Source of the DNA: Flavobacteriales bacterium
GTDB lineage: Bacteria; Bacteroidota; Bacteroidia; Flavobacteriales_F; PHOS-HE28
Direction of reading: 5' to 3'
Assembly (NCBI GenBank): GCA_016715895.1
Contig: JADJXH010000004.1
Span: 287,522-351,521 of the forward strand
DNA: 64,000 nt
Of this stretch, positions 56,238 through 64,000 are shown piece after piece; position 1 is the first letter of the stretch, and each line of letters opens with the position of its first letter. The notes under the pieces are model-generated. The model saw nothing but the letters and a program-made list of their open reading frames with translations, was not told the DNA's origin and ran no database searches. Both the position numbers and the translations under genes were made by a program.

Positions 56238-56265
56238 GGAGCCCCGCGAACGATCGCGGGGCTCC
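56238..56265. terminator. GC-rich hairpin between convergent units (candidate bidirectional terminator; likely the ancestral pepP terminator)
   Basis: GGAGCCCCGCG-aacgat-CGCGGGGCTCC: 11-bp perfect stem. Lies 21 nt after repeat copy 2 and 24 nt before the stop of the minus-strand cargo gene. Confidence 0.45.
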
Positions 56266-56288
56266 TATGGTCGAGATCGGGCCTGCCG

Positions 56289-58124
56289 CTACTCCTTCAC
56301 CACCATTCGGGTGAAGCGTGCTCCGCTGCCCATCACCTCACAGAGGTATACACCCTTTGCCAGGTCGCTCACATCAACGGCCGAGCGTTCACCGGAAGTG
56401 CGCATCGCACGGACGACGCGCCCGGAGGCATCACGCAGCGTGAGCTCGGCGCCAGCGGCGATACCCGGTGTCAGCACCACGAGCTGCTCGGTCGCCGGGT
56501 TGGGGAACACCTGAACCCCCATGGAGCGGCGGTGGTCCGACAATCCCACGGTGACGAGGTGCGGAGCACAAACGGACAAGGCGTTCTCCTCGGCGATGCC
56601 GAACACTTCGGCCATGCCGCCCACGTCGCCGATGACGCTGGCGAGCGCACTGTCCGCCGCGGCCTGCAGGGCGTTGACACTGGCCAGCGGACCGCCGGAG
56701 GGTGCTTGGGCGAAGAGGTAGGCGAACAGCAGGTCGGCATGTTCGCCGGACTCCAGAACGAAGGGTCCGGTGACGCCGATCATGCGGCGGTCGCCCGGTG
56801 TGTTGCCCTCACCCACCTCGGACCACGGCGCCTGTGCCGCACCATCCGTGCCCGCTCCGAGGGGATCGCTGTCGCCAGGGTACATGAACCGCGCTGGCAC
56901 CGCGTTCGGGTCCTGCGAGTACCCGTTCCCCCCGTAGGTCTGCGGCAGGCCGTCCAGCCATTGCCCGGCCAGGTAACGCTCCACATCAACGGCGGTCTGA
57001 GGGATGCCGGTGGCGCCGGATGCCGTGGAGTAGATGCGGCTGCTCGTGAGCCCGAAGCGCTCATTGTCGATCTGCTGGTCTGCAAAGCCCTGGCCGTTGA
57101 AGCCGGGGATGAGGGGAACGACCGGGTCGTCATTGCCATCGGCCTCCACCAGCGGACCCTTGATGAGCCGCACACCGAAGGCGGGGGGCTGGCCGCCATA
57201 GCCGGGGCCCCAGAAGGACGGACCATCGAATCCATCCCCGTTGTACGCGTACCACAGGTTGCGCGACGGGTCGGTCCCGATCATGTCATCCTCCGGGTCT
57301 CCCAGGTCGAAGTCGGTGTGCAACCCGATGCGCACATCGGTGTACGCGTTGCTGCTGCGGTTGATGACGTGCGCGCGCAGAAAGAGCGTGTTGGCCAGTT
57401 CGGGGTCGTTCGTATCGAAGACGAAGGGCATCAACCTGAGCTCGATGCCGAGCGGCGGACCCTGCGAGAAACTGTGCGGCCGTTGGTCGTTCAGCACCAT
57501 GAAGCAGGCACGATCGCCCAGGATGCAGGGCACATCACCGAAGGCCGGATCGTAGGTGCCATCCCCATCGCGGTCCACGAACGGTGCCTGATAGGGGGCC
57601 AGGCCGAGGGCGATATCCCCCATCGCCGGCCAGTCGAGCAGGGACTGCGCGGGTTGGTATCCAGGGTACACGAGGGCCTCCTCGCAATCGGGGTCGTCCA
57701 CACAGTCGTGGTAGTTCAGGTGCTGTTCGATGTCGAAGCGCTCCACGCACCAGATGCGGTCGTAGGCCTGGGCCACACCGGGCAGGGCGGTGGCGGAGCC
57801 GTCGGTGGTGAGCGGACCGGTCCAATAATCGGAATCGAACAGACCTCCATAGTCCGCCCCGGCGGCATGCAGCGTATCACCCGGACCACGCCCGGTGACC
57901 CACAATCCGCTGCCCCAGAGGACATGGGCGCCCGTTCCCGGCGGCACTTCGAACGCGGGGCTGGCCCCATCGGCCCCCGCACCGATCAAGCCCCAGGAGG
58001 TGAGCCCCACCTCCAGGCGGTCGTTCCCGATGGATGTGATCGCGGTGCCCTGTGCGGTCCCGTCAACGGGGATCGCCCAGGCATGCGCGGACAACAGCGC
58101 GAGGCAGAGTGAAGATCGGATCAT
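56289..58124 (-). CDS. T9SS cargo protein (hypothetical body, type-A C-terminal sorting domain)
   Basis: Signal peptide 'MIRSSLCLALLSAHAWA'. Asp/Gly-rich body. C-terminus 'VFPNPATEQLVVL...LTLRDASGRVVRAM...LAKGVYLCEV' is a Por_Secre_tail. Confidence 0.65.
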   Translation of the reverse strand: MIRSSLCLALLSAHAWAIPVDGTAQGTAITSIGNDRLEVGLTSWGLIGAGADGASPAFEVPPGTGAHVLWGSGLWVTGRGPGDTLHAAGADYGGLFDSDYWTGPLTTDGSATALPGVAQAYDRIWCVERFDIEQHLNYHDCVDDPDCEEALVYPGYQPAQSLLDWPAMGDIALGLAPYQAPFVDRDGDGTYDPAFGDVPCILGDRACFMVLNDQRPHSFSQGPPLGIELRLMPFVFDTNDPELANTLFLRAHVINRSSNAYTDVRIGLHTDFDLGDPEDDMIGTDPSRNLWYAYNGDGFDGPSFWGPGYGGQPPAFGVRLIKGPLVEADGNDDPVVPLIPGFNGQGFADQQIDNERFGLTSSRIYSTASGATGIPQTAVDVERYLAGQWLDGLPQTYGGNGYSQDPNAVPARFMYPGDSDPLGAGTDGAAQAPWSEVGEGNTPGDRRMIGVTGPFVLESGEHADLLFAYLFAQAPSGGPLASVNALQAAADSALASVIGDVGGMAEVFGIAEENALSVCAPHLVTVGLSDHRRSMGVQVFPNPATEQLVVLTPGIAAGAELTLRDASGRVVRAMRTSGERSAVDVSDLAKGVYLCEVMGSGARFTRMVVKE

Positions 58125-58401
58125 GGCAACAGGGTTTGCCGCCAACCTATCGGAAGGTGAAGCGACCCGCATGCGCCGATCGACGGAAGGCGGTATCGGT
58201 TCAGGGACCGGTGCGGGAGAACGGCTCAGCTGCGCTCCCCGGTTGCGCCGGGCACCAGCACAAAGACCACCTCGACCTCTTTGCCGGCCGTGGTGCCGCT
58301 CTCGAAAGGAACATGGGCCATGCCGTTGCGATCGATGCGCAGCACATTGCCCACGATGGTGAGGGCCCGGTAAGAGGGAATGACGGCGGCGGGTGCGTGC
58401 A

Positions 58402-58767
58402 TCAGACGGCGCGGCGCAGGTGGATGGGCTTCACCGTGCTCACTTCGCCATCGAGCACCATCAGGAAATACTCCTCCCCATCCAGGTCGGTGATGCGCAC
58501 GCGCGTGACGGGTCCACTGACATCGCCGGTCTTGACGATCCGGCCGCTGGGGTCCACGATGTCGAACAGCGCATCCTGGGAGGCGGGGTCATAGTCGAAC
58601 ATCAGCAGGCGCTCGAGCTGGTCGATGCGCACGTGGATCTCGTGGGGGGTGGTGTGCTGGGCCATGGGCCTGTTCTTCACCCCGTTGTACGACATCATCG
58701 GGGGCAGGGTTGCCCAAGAACGCCGGAGGGCCGGCCCACCACCCGGCGGACCGACCCTCCACACCAA
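58402..58767 (-). CDS. Small hypothetical protein (~97-121 aa)
   Basis: Coding-like ORF. Probable start at MMSYNG or MAQHTT. An overlapping 59-aa ORF (ATG at 58410-58412, 'MHAPAAVIPSYRALTIVGNV...') continues downstream. No recognisable domain. Confidence 0.3.
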   Translation of the reverse strand: MVWRVGPPGGGPALRRSWATLPPMMSYNGVKNRPMAQHTTPHEIHVRIDQLERLLMFDYDPASQDALFDIVDPSGRIVKTGDVSGPVTRVRITDLDGEEYFLMVLDGEVSTVKPIHLRRAV

Positions 58768-58995
58768 AACCTGACATGAGCACTGCGCGGTTCAACTGCC
58801 CTGGTCGGAGAAGATCCAGAGCTTGTGATGGGAGTTCATGGAAGCCATGGCAACAAGGGGTTTGCGTTCAATGGTGACCCCAACCTACCATGCCCGACGC
58901 CCGATCGCCAGCGCGATCCGGGCAACGGTCGCGACGAAGAGAAGAACGGTCGCTCCGGTGGTGCCGCTATTTTCGCCGGCATGGGGTCGCGGCGG

Positions 58996-59754
58996 ATGCG
59001 GGCATTGATCGTGGACGATGAGGAACCGGCCCGGGAGAACCTGCGCCTGATGCTGGAGGACCTCTGCCCCGAGGTGGAGGTGGCGGGAACGGCCGATGGA
59101 CCGGCGAGCGCGCGCGAGCGGATCGCGGAGCTTGACCCCGACCTGCTCTTCCTGGACATCCGCATGCCCAGTGGCACCGAGGGCCTCGACCTGCTGGCCG
59201 AGCTCCGCGACCTGCGCGCCCTGGTCGTCTTCGTCACGGCCTTCAAGGACTACGCGCTGCAGGCCTTTCACACCCATGCGGTGGACTACCTGTTGAAGCC
59301 GATCGATCCCGATGAGCTGCGGGCGGCGGTGATGAAGGCCCTCGAGCGGGTGCGTGAACAGCATGAACGGCCAGCGGAGGCCACGGCGTATCGCGCAAGG
59401 TTGAACGCCGCCGTCCGCGAGGCCTCGCTGCCCGCGGGCCGCATCGTGATCGATCACGCCAAAGGGTTCAAGCTCTTCGACCCGCACAACATCAGCCACC
59501 TGGAGGCCGAGGGCAACTGCACCCAGCTGCACTTCAGCGATGGCACGCGCTACCTCGACACCCGCACCCTGCGTGTGTATGAGGAACTGCTCGATCCGTC
59601 CTTGTTCCTGCGGGTGCATCGCTCGCACATCGTGAACCTGGAGCACCTGCGTGAATACCTGCGCGACGACGGCCATTGGGCGGTGCTCCGCGACGGGCGG
59701 AGGGTCCCGATCGCTCGCGAGCGCGTGGCCGAGTTCCTCGAACGCGTCCGCTGA
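58996..59754 (+). CDS. Response regulator, LytTR family (REC + LytTR DNA-binding domain)
   Basis: REC 'MRALIVDDEEPARENL...LLFLDIRMP...VVFVTAF'. LytTR 'HLEAEGNCTQLHFSDGTRYLDTRTLRVYEELLDPSLFLRVHRSHIVNLEHL'. Start trimmed to MRALIV. Confidence 0.85.
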   Translation: MRALIVDDEEPARENLRLMLEDLCPEVEVAGTADGPASARERIAELDPDLLFLDIRMPSGTEGLDLLAELRDLRALVVFVTAFKDYALQAFHTHAVDYLLKPIDPDELRAAVMKALERVREQHERPAEATAYRARLNAAVREASLPAGRIVIDHAKGFKLFDPHNISHLEAEGNCTQLHFSDGTRYLDTRTLRVYEELLDPSLFLRVHRSHIVNLEHLREYLRDDGHWAVLRDGRRVPIARERVAEFLERVR

Positions 59755-59864
59755 CGGTCCACATGGCCGGGATGACGGTCCGCTCGATCGGGCGCACCGG
59801 TCAGGCGACGGTCACCCAAGCCACCGCGGACCGACCTAGCTTGAGCCCACCAAACCCATCGGCC

Positions 59865-60617
59865 ATGCGTGTACTGATCGTGGACGACGAACCCGACGCC
59901 CGGGAGAACCTGCGGATGATGCTGGAGGAGCACTGCCCCGACCTGGTCGTGGTGGGCTCGGCGGGAAGCGCCCAGGAGGCGCGCGAACTGATCGCGATGG
60001 AACACCCGCAGGCGCTCTTCCTCGACATCAAGATGCCGGGAGAGGATGGCTTTGCGCTGCTTCATTCCCTGCAAGGGCAGGAGCTTCCGGTGGTCTTCAC
60101 CACCGCCTACGACGAATATGCGCTGCAGGCCTTCAAGGAGAACGCCCTGGACTACCTCGAGAAGCCGATCGATGTGGAGGAGCTCAAGCGGGCGGCCGCA
60201 AAGCTCCGCCGCATGGCGTCGGACCCCGCGGCCGCACCGCAACAGACCGGTGCCATCGCGGCGCTGCTCCTGGACCCCGCCTCCCCCTTGAGCAAACGCA
60301 TGGCCGTTCCGGGTCGCGACGGGCTCACCTTGGTGAAGCATGAGGACATCCTCTACCTGGAGGCCAGCGACAGCTACACCACCATCCACACACGCGACGG
60401 CAAGCGGCAGATCAGCAGCAAGCACATCCGGGTCTTTGAGAACAACCTGGACCCGAAGCGCTTCTTCCGCGTCCACAAGTCATACATCATCAACCTGGAG
60501 CACCTGCGCGCGTTCAGCCGGGGGGAAGGCAACATGGCCGTGCTGGACAACGGCGCCATGATCCCCGTTTCGCGCCGCAAAATGCCCGACTTCCTTGCCC
60601 TGATCCCCACCTTCTGA
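59865..60617 (+). CDS. Response regulator, LytTR family (second, tandem copy)
   Basis: REC 'MRVLIVDDEPDARENL...ALFLDIKMPGEDG...VVFTTAY'. LytTR 'YLEASDSYTTIHTRDGKRQISSKHIRVFENNLDPKRFFRVHKSYIINLEHL'. Stop overlaps the HK start. Confidence 0.85.
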   Translation: MRVLIVDDEPDARENLRMMLEEHCPDLVVVGSAGSAQEARELIAMEHPQALFLDIKMPGEDGFALLHSLQGQELPVVFTTAYDEYALQAFKENALDYLEKPIDVEELKRAAAKLRRMASDPAAAPQQTGAIAALLLDPASPLSKRMAVPGRDGLTLVKHEDILYLEASDSYTTIHTRDGKRQISSKHIRVFENNLDPKRFFRVHKSYIINLEHLRAFSRGEGNMAVLDNGAMIPVSRRKMPDFLALIPTF

Positions 60618-63600
60618 TGCGGCGCACGGGCTTGCTGCTCGGGCTGTTGCTCGGTTCCATGGGCCTGCTGCGGGCCCAGCAGTTCGGCTTCATCCACTAC
60701 ACCACCAGGGACGGGCTCGCCCAAAGCCAGGTGCGCACGATCGCACAGGATGAGCAGGGCTTCCTCTGGATCGGCACACTGGGCGGCGTGAGCCGGTTCG
60801 ACGGCAGCGGGTTCCGCAACCACGCCCTGCAACAGGGGTTGCCCGATGCGCAGGTGAACGCCCTTCTTCCGCGTCCCGACGGCTCGATGTGGTGCGGCAC
60901 CGGAGGAGGCCTCGTGAGCTTCAGGCACGGCACGGAGGTGATCCCCATCCCGCTGCCGGGCCTCGACCGCCCGCGCATCACCGCCCTGGCCACGGATGCG
61001 CGTGGGCGGGTGCTGATCGGGGTGGAGGACCGGGGTGTGCTGGTGCACGAGGACGGCAGGGTGCATGGTCTGGAGGGCTTTCCCACAGATACCGCCGGTA
61101 CGGTGCGATCGCTGCTCTGCCTGGCGGATGGCACCGTCTACATCGGCCTGCGCAATGGCCTGCTCCGATGGGCCGATGGCCGCTGCACGACCGTGATCCT
61201 GGGCCGCGAGGACCGCTCCAACGTGAGCAGCATGGCCGCAGGCGAGGATGGCACCCTTTGGGTGGCCACGTTCGGACAAGGGGTCTTCGCGCTCCGGCCC
61301 GATGGCACCGTGGAGGAGATCGATGAGACCGACGGGCTCCTGCAGAACAATGTGCGCAGCGTGACGATCGATCGCCAGGGCCGCGTGTGGCTGGCCAGCA
61401 AGTTCGGCGTCAACGTCATCGAAGGCGGCCGCATCCGGGCGCTCACGGTGAACCAGGGCATGCCGAACGACAACATCTGGTGCGTATCGGTGGACGACAA
61501 TGGCGACCTGTGGCTCGGAACGGATGGAGCGGGGATCCTGCGCTGGACCGGGGACCGGTTCGTCACCTACACGCAGCGCGATGGATTGTGCAGCGATCAG
61601 GTGATGTGCCTGGTGGCCGACAGCGCGAACGACCTGTGGTTGGGCACATATGGCAACGGGATCTGCCGGATGGATGGCATGGCGCTGGTGAGCACGTTGG
61701 ACGGGCTGCCGAACAACACCGTATGGACCGGGCTGCGGCGCCGGGACAACAGCCTGTGGTTCGGCACCAGCGACGGGTTGTGCAGGCTGCGCAACGGCGT
61801 GGTGGTGCCGCTTCCGGACAGCTTGTCCCTTCGGGATGAACGCATCGTTGCCCTGCACGAGGACCCCGACGGCACGCTGTGGTGCGGCGCCCGGGAAGGG
61901 CTCTTCTCGATCCGCGAGGACCGGTTGCGGCGGGAACCCGGGCCGCCCGGCGTACCGCTCCGGTCCATCCGGGCCCTGCATCGCGACGGCGATGGCCGCT
62001 TATGGGTGGCCCATGAGGTGGGCGTGGCGCGGCGGGGCGCGAACGGCTGGACGACATGGGCCGCCGGGCGGGAGCTCCCGACCGGGGCGGTGTACTGCCT
62101 GGCCGAGGACCGCCGCGGAAGGGTCTGGGCCGGCACCGCGGACGGGCTGGTCTGCTTCACCGGATCCGGCCCTCGTGTGCTCCGCCTGGCACCGGACTTC
62201 GGCTCCAACTACATCGACCTGCTGCGTGTCACGAGCGACGGACGGATCTGGGTGGGCACCAACAACGGCCTGTTCCAGGTGGCACCGGACAGCCTGCTGA
62301 CCACCGGGGGCGGGGTGACCCACTACACCAGCAGCGACGGGCTGCTGAGCCTGGAGTGCAACCTGAACGCATCGCATCTGGACACCAAGGGCCGGCTGTT
62401 CTTCGGCACTTCGCGCGGCCTGGTCCTGCATCCGCCCGCATCCGAGCCCACCCGGCACACGGACGTCATCCCGCTCCACATCACCGGCCTGCGCTGGTTC
62501 CTCCGACCCTCGGGCTGGGAAGGGCGGTCCACCGGTACCGACCGCTTTTCGGGGCTTCCCACAGGCCTTCTGCTCCCCTACGAACGCAACCACCTGACCT
62601 TCGATTTCACCGGCATCAGCCTGAGCGCGCCCGAACAGGTGGTCTACCGCTATCGCCTGCTGGGCCATGACAATGACTGGCTGCCGGAAACGGACGTGCG
62701 ATCGGCGAGTTTCAGCAACCTGCCCCACGGTCACTACGTGTTCCAAGTGATGGCCAGGGGGCGCAACGGCCGATGGAGCCCACCGAAGGAATACGCATTT
62801 GATGTACAGCCGCCGTTCTGGGCCCGGTGGTGGTTCTTCGCGCTCACCGGGGCGGTGGTGATCGGCTCGGTGGGCGGTGTGGCCCGGTATCGTTCCGTTC
62901 AGCGTCATCGCCTGGAGCGCACCCGCCAGTTGATGCTCCGGTCACGCATGCTCCAGCTCGAGCAGCAGGCATTGAACGCCAACATGAACCGGCACTTCAT
63001 CTTCAATGCCCTGAACAGCATCCAGTTCCACATCAACAAACAGGACCGGGCCACGGCGAACCGCTATCTCACGAGCTTCGCCAAGCTCATCCGCAAGAAC
63101 CTCGATGCCAGCCAGAGCGACACCACTTCCCTGGCCGAGGAGCTCGAACGACTGGAGCTGTACCTCGTCCTGGAGCACATGCGCTTCAAGGACCGCTTCC
63201 GCTACATCCTGACGGTGGATCCGGGGGTGGACACGCTCCAGGTGCGGTTGCCGGCCATGATGCTGCAGCCCTACGTGGAGAACAGCATCTGGCATGGCAT
63301 CCTGCCCACCGAGCGCCAAGGTCAGGTCACCATCCGGGTCGACCCGGGAGAGGCCGGCCGGGTGCGGGTCATTATCGCCGATGATGGGCTGGGCATCGAA
63401 CAGAGCAAGGCGCGCAAGCAGAGCGGTGACCACATCTCCAGGGGGATCGAGATCACCAAAGGCCGGGCGGACGTGCTGCGGAACCTCCAAGTGACGGACA
63501 TCAGGATCACCGGTCCCGAGCAGGTGCAGGGCGCGGACGGTCGGATCATGGGCACACAGGTCACCATCGACCTGCCGAGCAACGGTCCATCCCCTTCCAC

Positions 63601-63649
63601 CGGTCCGGATTTGCGATCCGGCCCCGGGCACCTTACCTTTGGAACATGA
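60617..63649 (+). CDS. LytS/YehU-type sensor histidine kinase with periplasmic two-component-regulator beta-propeller + Y_Y_Y domain
   Basis: Signal peptide. Many 'DG.LW.GT..GL' propeller repeats. Y_Y_Y 'YRYRLLGHDNDWLP'. TM 'WWFFALTGAVVIGSVGG'. His_kinase (PF06580) box 'MNRHFIFNALNSIQFHI'. HATPase 'ENSIWHGI...IADDGLGI'. Confidence 0.85.
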   Translation: MRRTGLLLGLLLGSMGLLRAQQFGFIHYTTRDGLAQSQVRTIAQDEQGFLWIGTLGGVSRFDGSGFRNHALQQGLPDAQVNALLPRPDGSMWCGTGGGLVSFRHGTEVIPIPLPGLDRPRITALATDARGRVLIGVEDRGVLVHEDGRVHGLEGFPTDTAGTVRSLLCLADGTVYIGLRNGLLRWADGRCTTVILGREDRSNVSSMAAGEDGTLWVATFGQGVFALRPDGTVEEIDETDGLLQNNVRSVTIDRQGRVWLASKFGVNVIEGGRIRALTVNQGMPNDNIWCVSVDDNGDLWLGTDGAGILRWTGDRFVTYTQRDGLCSDQVMCLVADSANDLWLGTYGNGICRMDGMALVSTLDGLPNNTVWTGLRRRDNSLWFGTSDGLCRLRNGVVVPLPDSLSLRDERIVALHEDPDGTLWCGAREGLFSIREDRLRREPGPPGVPLRSIRALHRDGDGRLWVAHEVGVARRGANGWTTWAAGRELPTGAVYCLAEDRRGRVWAGTADGLVCFTGSGPRVLRLAPDFGSNYIDLLRVTSDGRIWVGTNNGLFQVAPDSLLTTGGGVTHYTSSDGLLSLECNLNASHLDTKGRLFFGTSRGLVLHPPASEPTRHTDVIPLHITGLRWFLRPSGWEGRSTGTDRFSGLPTGLLLPYERNHLTFDFTGISLSAPEQVVYRYRLLGHDNDWLPETDVRSASFSNLPHGHYVFQVMARGRNGRWSPPKEYAFDVQPPFWARWWFFALTGAVVIGSVGGVARYRSVQRHRLERTRQLMLRSRMLQLEQQALNANMNRHFIFNALNSIQFHINKQDRATANRYLTSFAKLIRKNLDASQSDTTSLAEELERLELYLVLEHMRFKDRFRYILTVDPGVDTLQVRLPAMMLQPYVENSIWHGILPTERQGQVTIRVDPGEAGRVRVIIADDGLGIEQSKARKQSGDHISRGIEITKGRADVLRNLQVTDIRITGPEQVQGADGRIMGTQVTIDLPSNGPSPSTGPDLRSGPGHLTFGT

Positions 63650-63957
63650 TGGTCCGGAACCTCATCGTCTTCCTGCTCATGGTGGTGGCCTTGGCCGCCT
63701 GCACCAAGGAGCAGGTCGCGCCTGCAGGAGAGGTGCTGACCGGAGAGGACAAGCGTCTGCAGCAGGGACCGAACGAGGCTGACCACGGTTCGACGTCCAT
63801 CCTGAAGGAAGAGCCGCAGAGCTCGGAAGGCATTCTGCGCTCCGGTGACCTCGATGAGCAGGGGGGCGAGGACGACGGTGACATCTCCGATGATGGGGAT
63901 GAGGATGCCGATGGTGAGCGCAACAAGAAGAAGAACATCGGTTCGTCAGGGAACTGA
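63646..63957 (+). CDS. Small acidic lipoprotein (hypothetical)
   Basis: ATGA overlap with the HK stop. Lipobox 'LMVVALAACT'. Asp/Glu/Gly-rich tail. 103 aa. Confidence 0.4.
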   Translation: MMVRNLIVFLLMVVALAACTKEQVAPAGEVLTGEDKRLQQGPNEADHGSTSILKEEPQSSEGILRSGDLDEQGGEDDGDISDDGDEDADGERNKKKNIGSSGN

Positions 63958-64000
63958 ACCTGACGAACGAACGTGATCGACGCCCTGGTCTGGTCCAGGG

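Overview
High-GC (roughly two-thirds G+C by eye) chromosomal segment whose gene content points to Bacteroidota. Evidence for that assignment: four proteins with type-A T9SS C-terminal sorting domains, two giant proteins with the type-B (CHU_C-like) gliding-associated C-terminal domain, a SprA-like protein, a 'four-helix-bundle' IVS-type gene, and a TAnnTTTG -7 motif upstream of sdhC. Housekeeping content: a nine-gene molybdenum-cofactor region (moaA on the + strand; moeB-tauE-moeA-mobA-moaD-moaE-moaC/mogA on the - strand), a DAHP synthase/chorismate mutase fusion, the sdhC-sdhA-sdhB operon, pepP, a YbdL-type aminotransferase with YafV-type omega-amidase, and ComF. Regulatory content: a HK-RR-HK-RR operon of NarL/LuxR type (one kinase with a periplasmic beta-propeller, one with TPR repeats), and a module of two tandem LytTR regulators with a LytS-type propeller kinase. 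Accessory content: two tandem ~1,500-1,670-aa repeat-rich adhesin-like paralogues, tandem T9SS cargo genes sharing a duplicated ~230-bp CTD-coding segment, and three small lower-GC insertions within 8 kb. Those insertions are (i) a four-helix-bundle gene bracketed by inverted heptad-repeat arms, precisely filling the sdhA-sdhB intergenic space; (ii) an intact IS630-family element with 12-bp terminal inverted repeats and a TA target duplication; and (iii) a ~1-kb cassette (3-TM protein + MNT antitoxin + HepT toxin) bracketed by ~112-bp direct repeats that duplicate the 3' end of pepP. No rRNA, tRNA or CRISPR array was recognised. Most long ORFs antisense to real genes are GC-driven artefacts. 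Many ORF-track starts were trimmed to internal ATGs, because the track also uses GTG/TTG starts.
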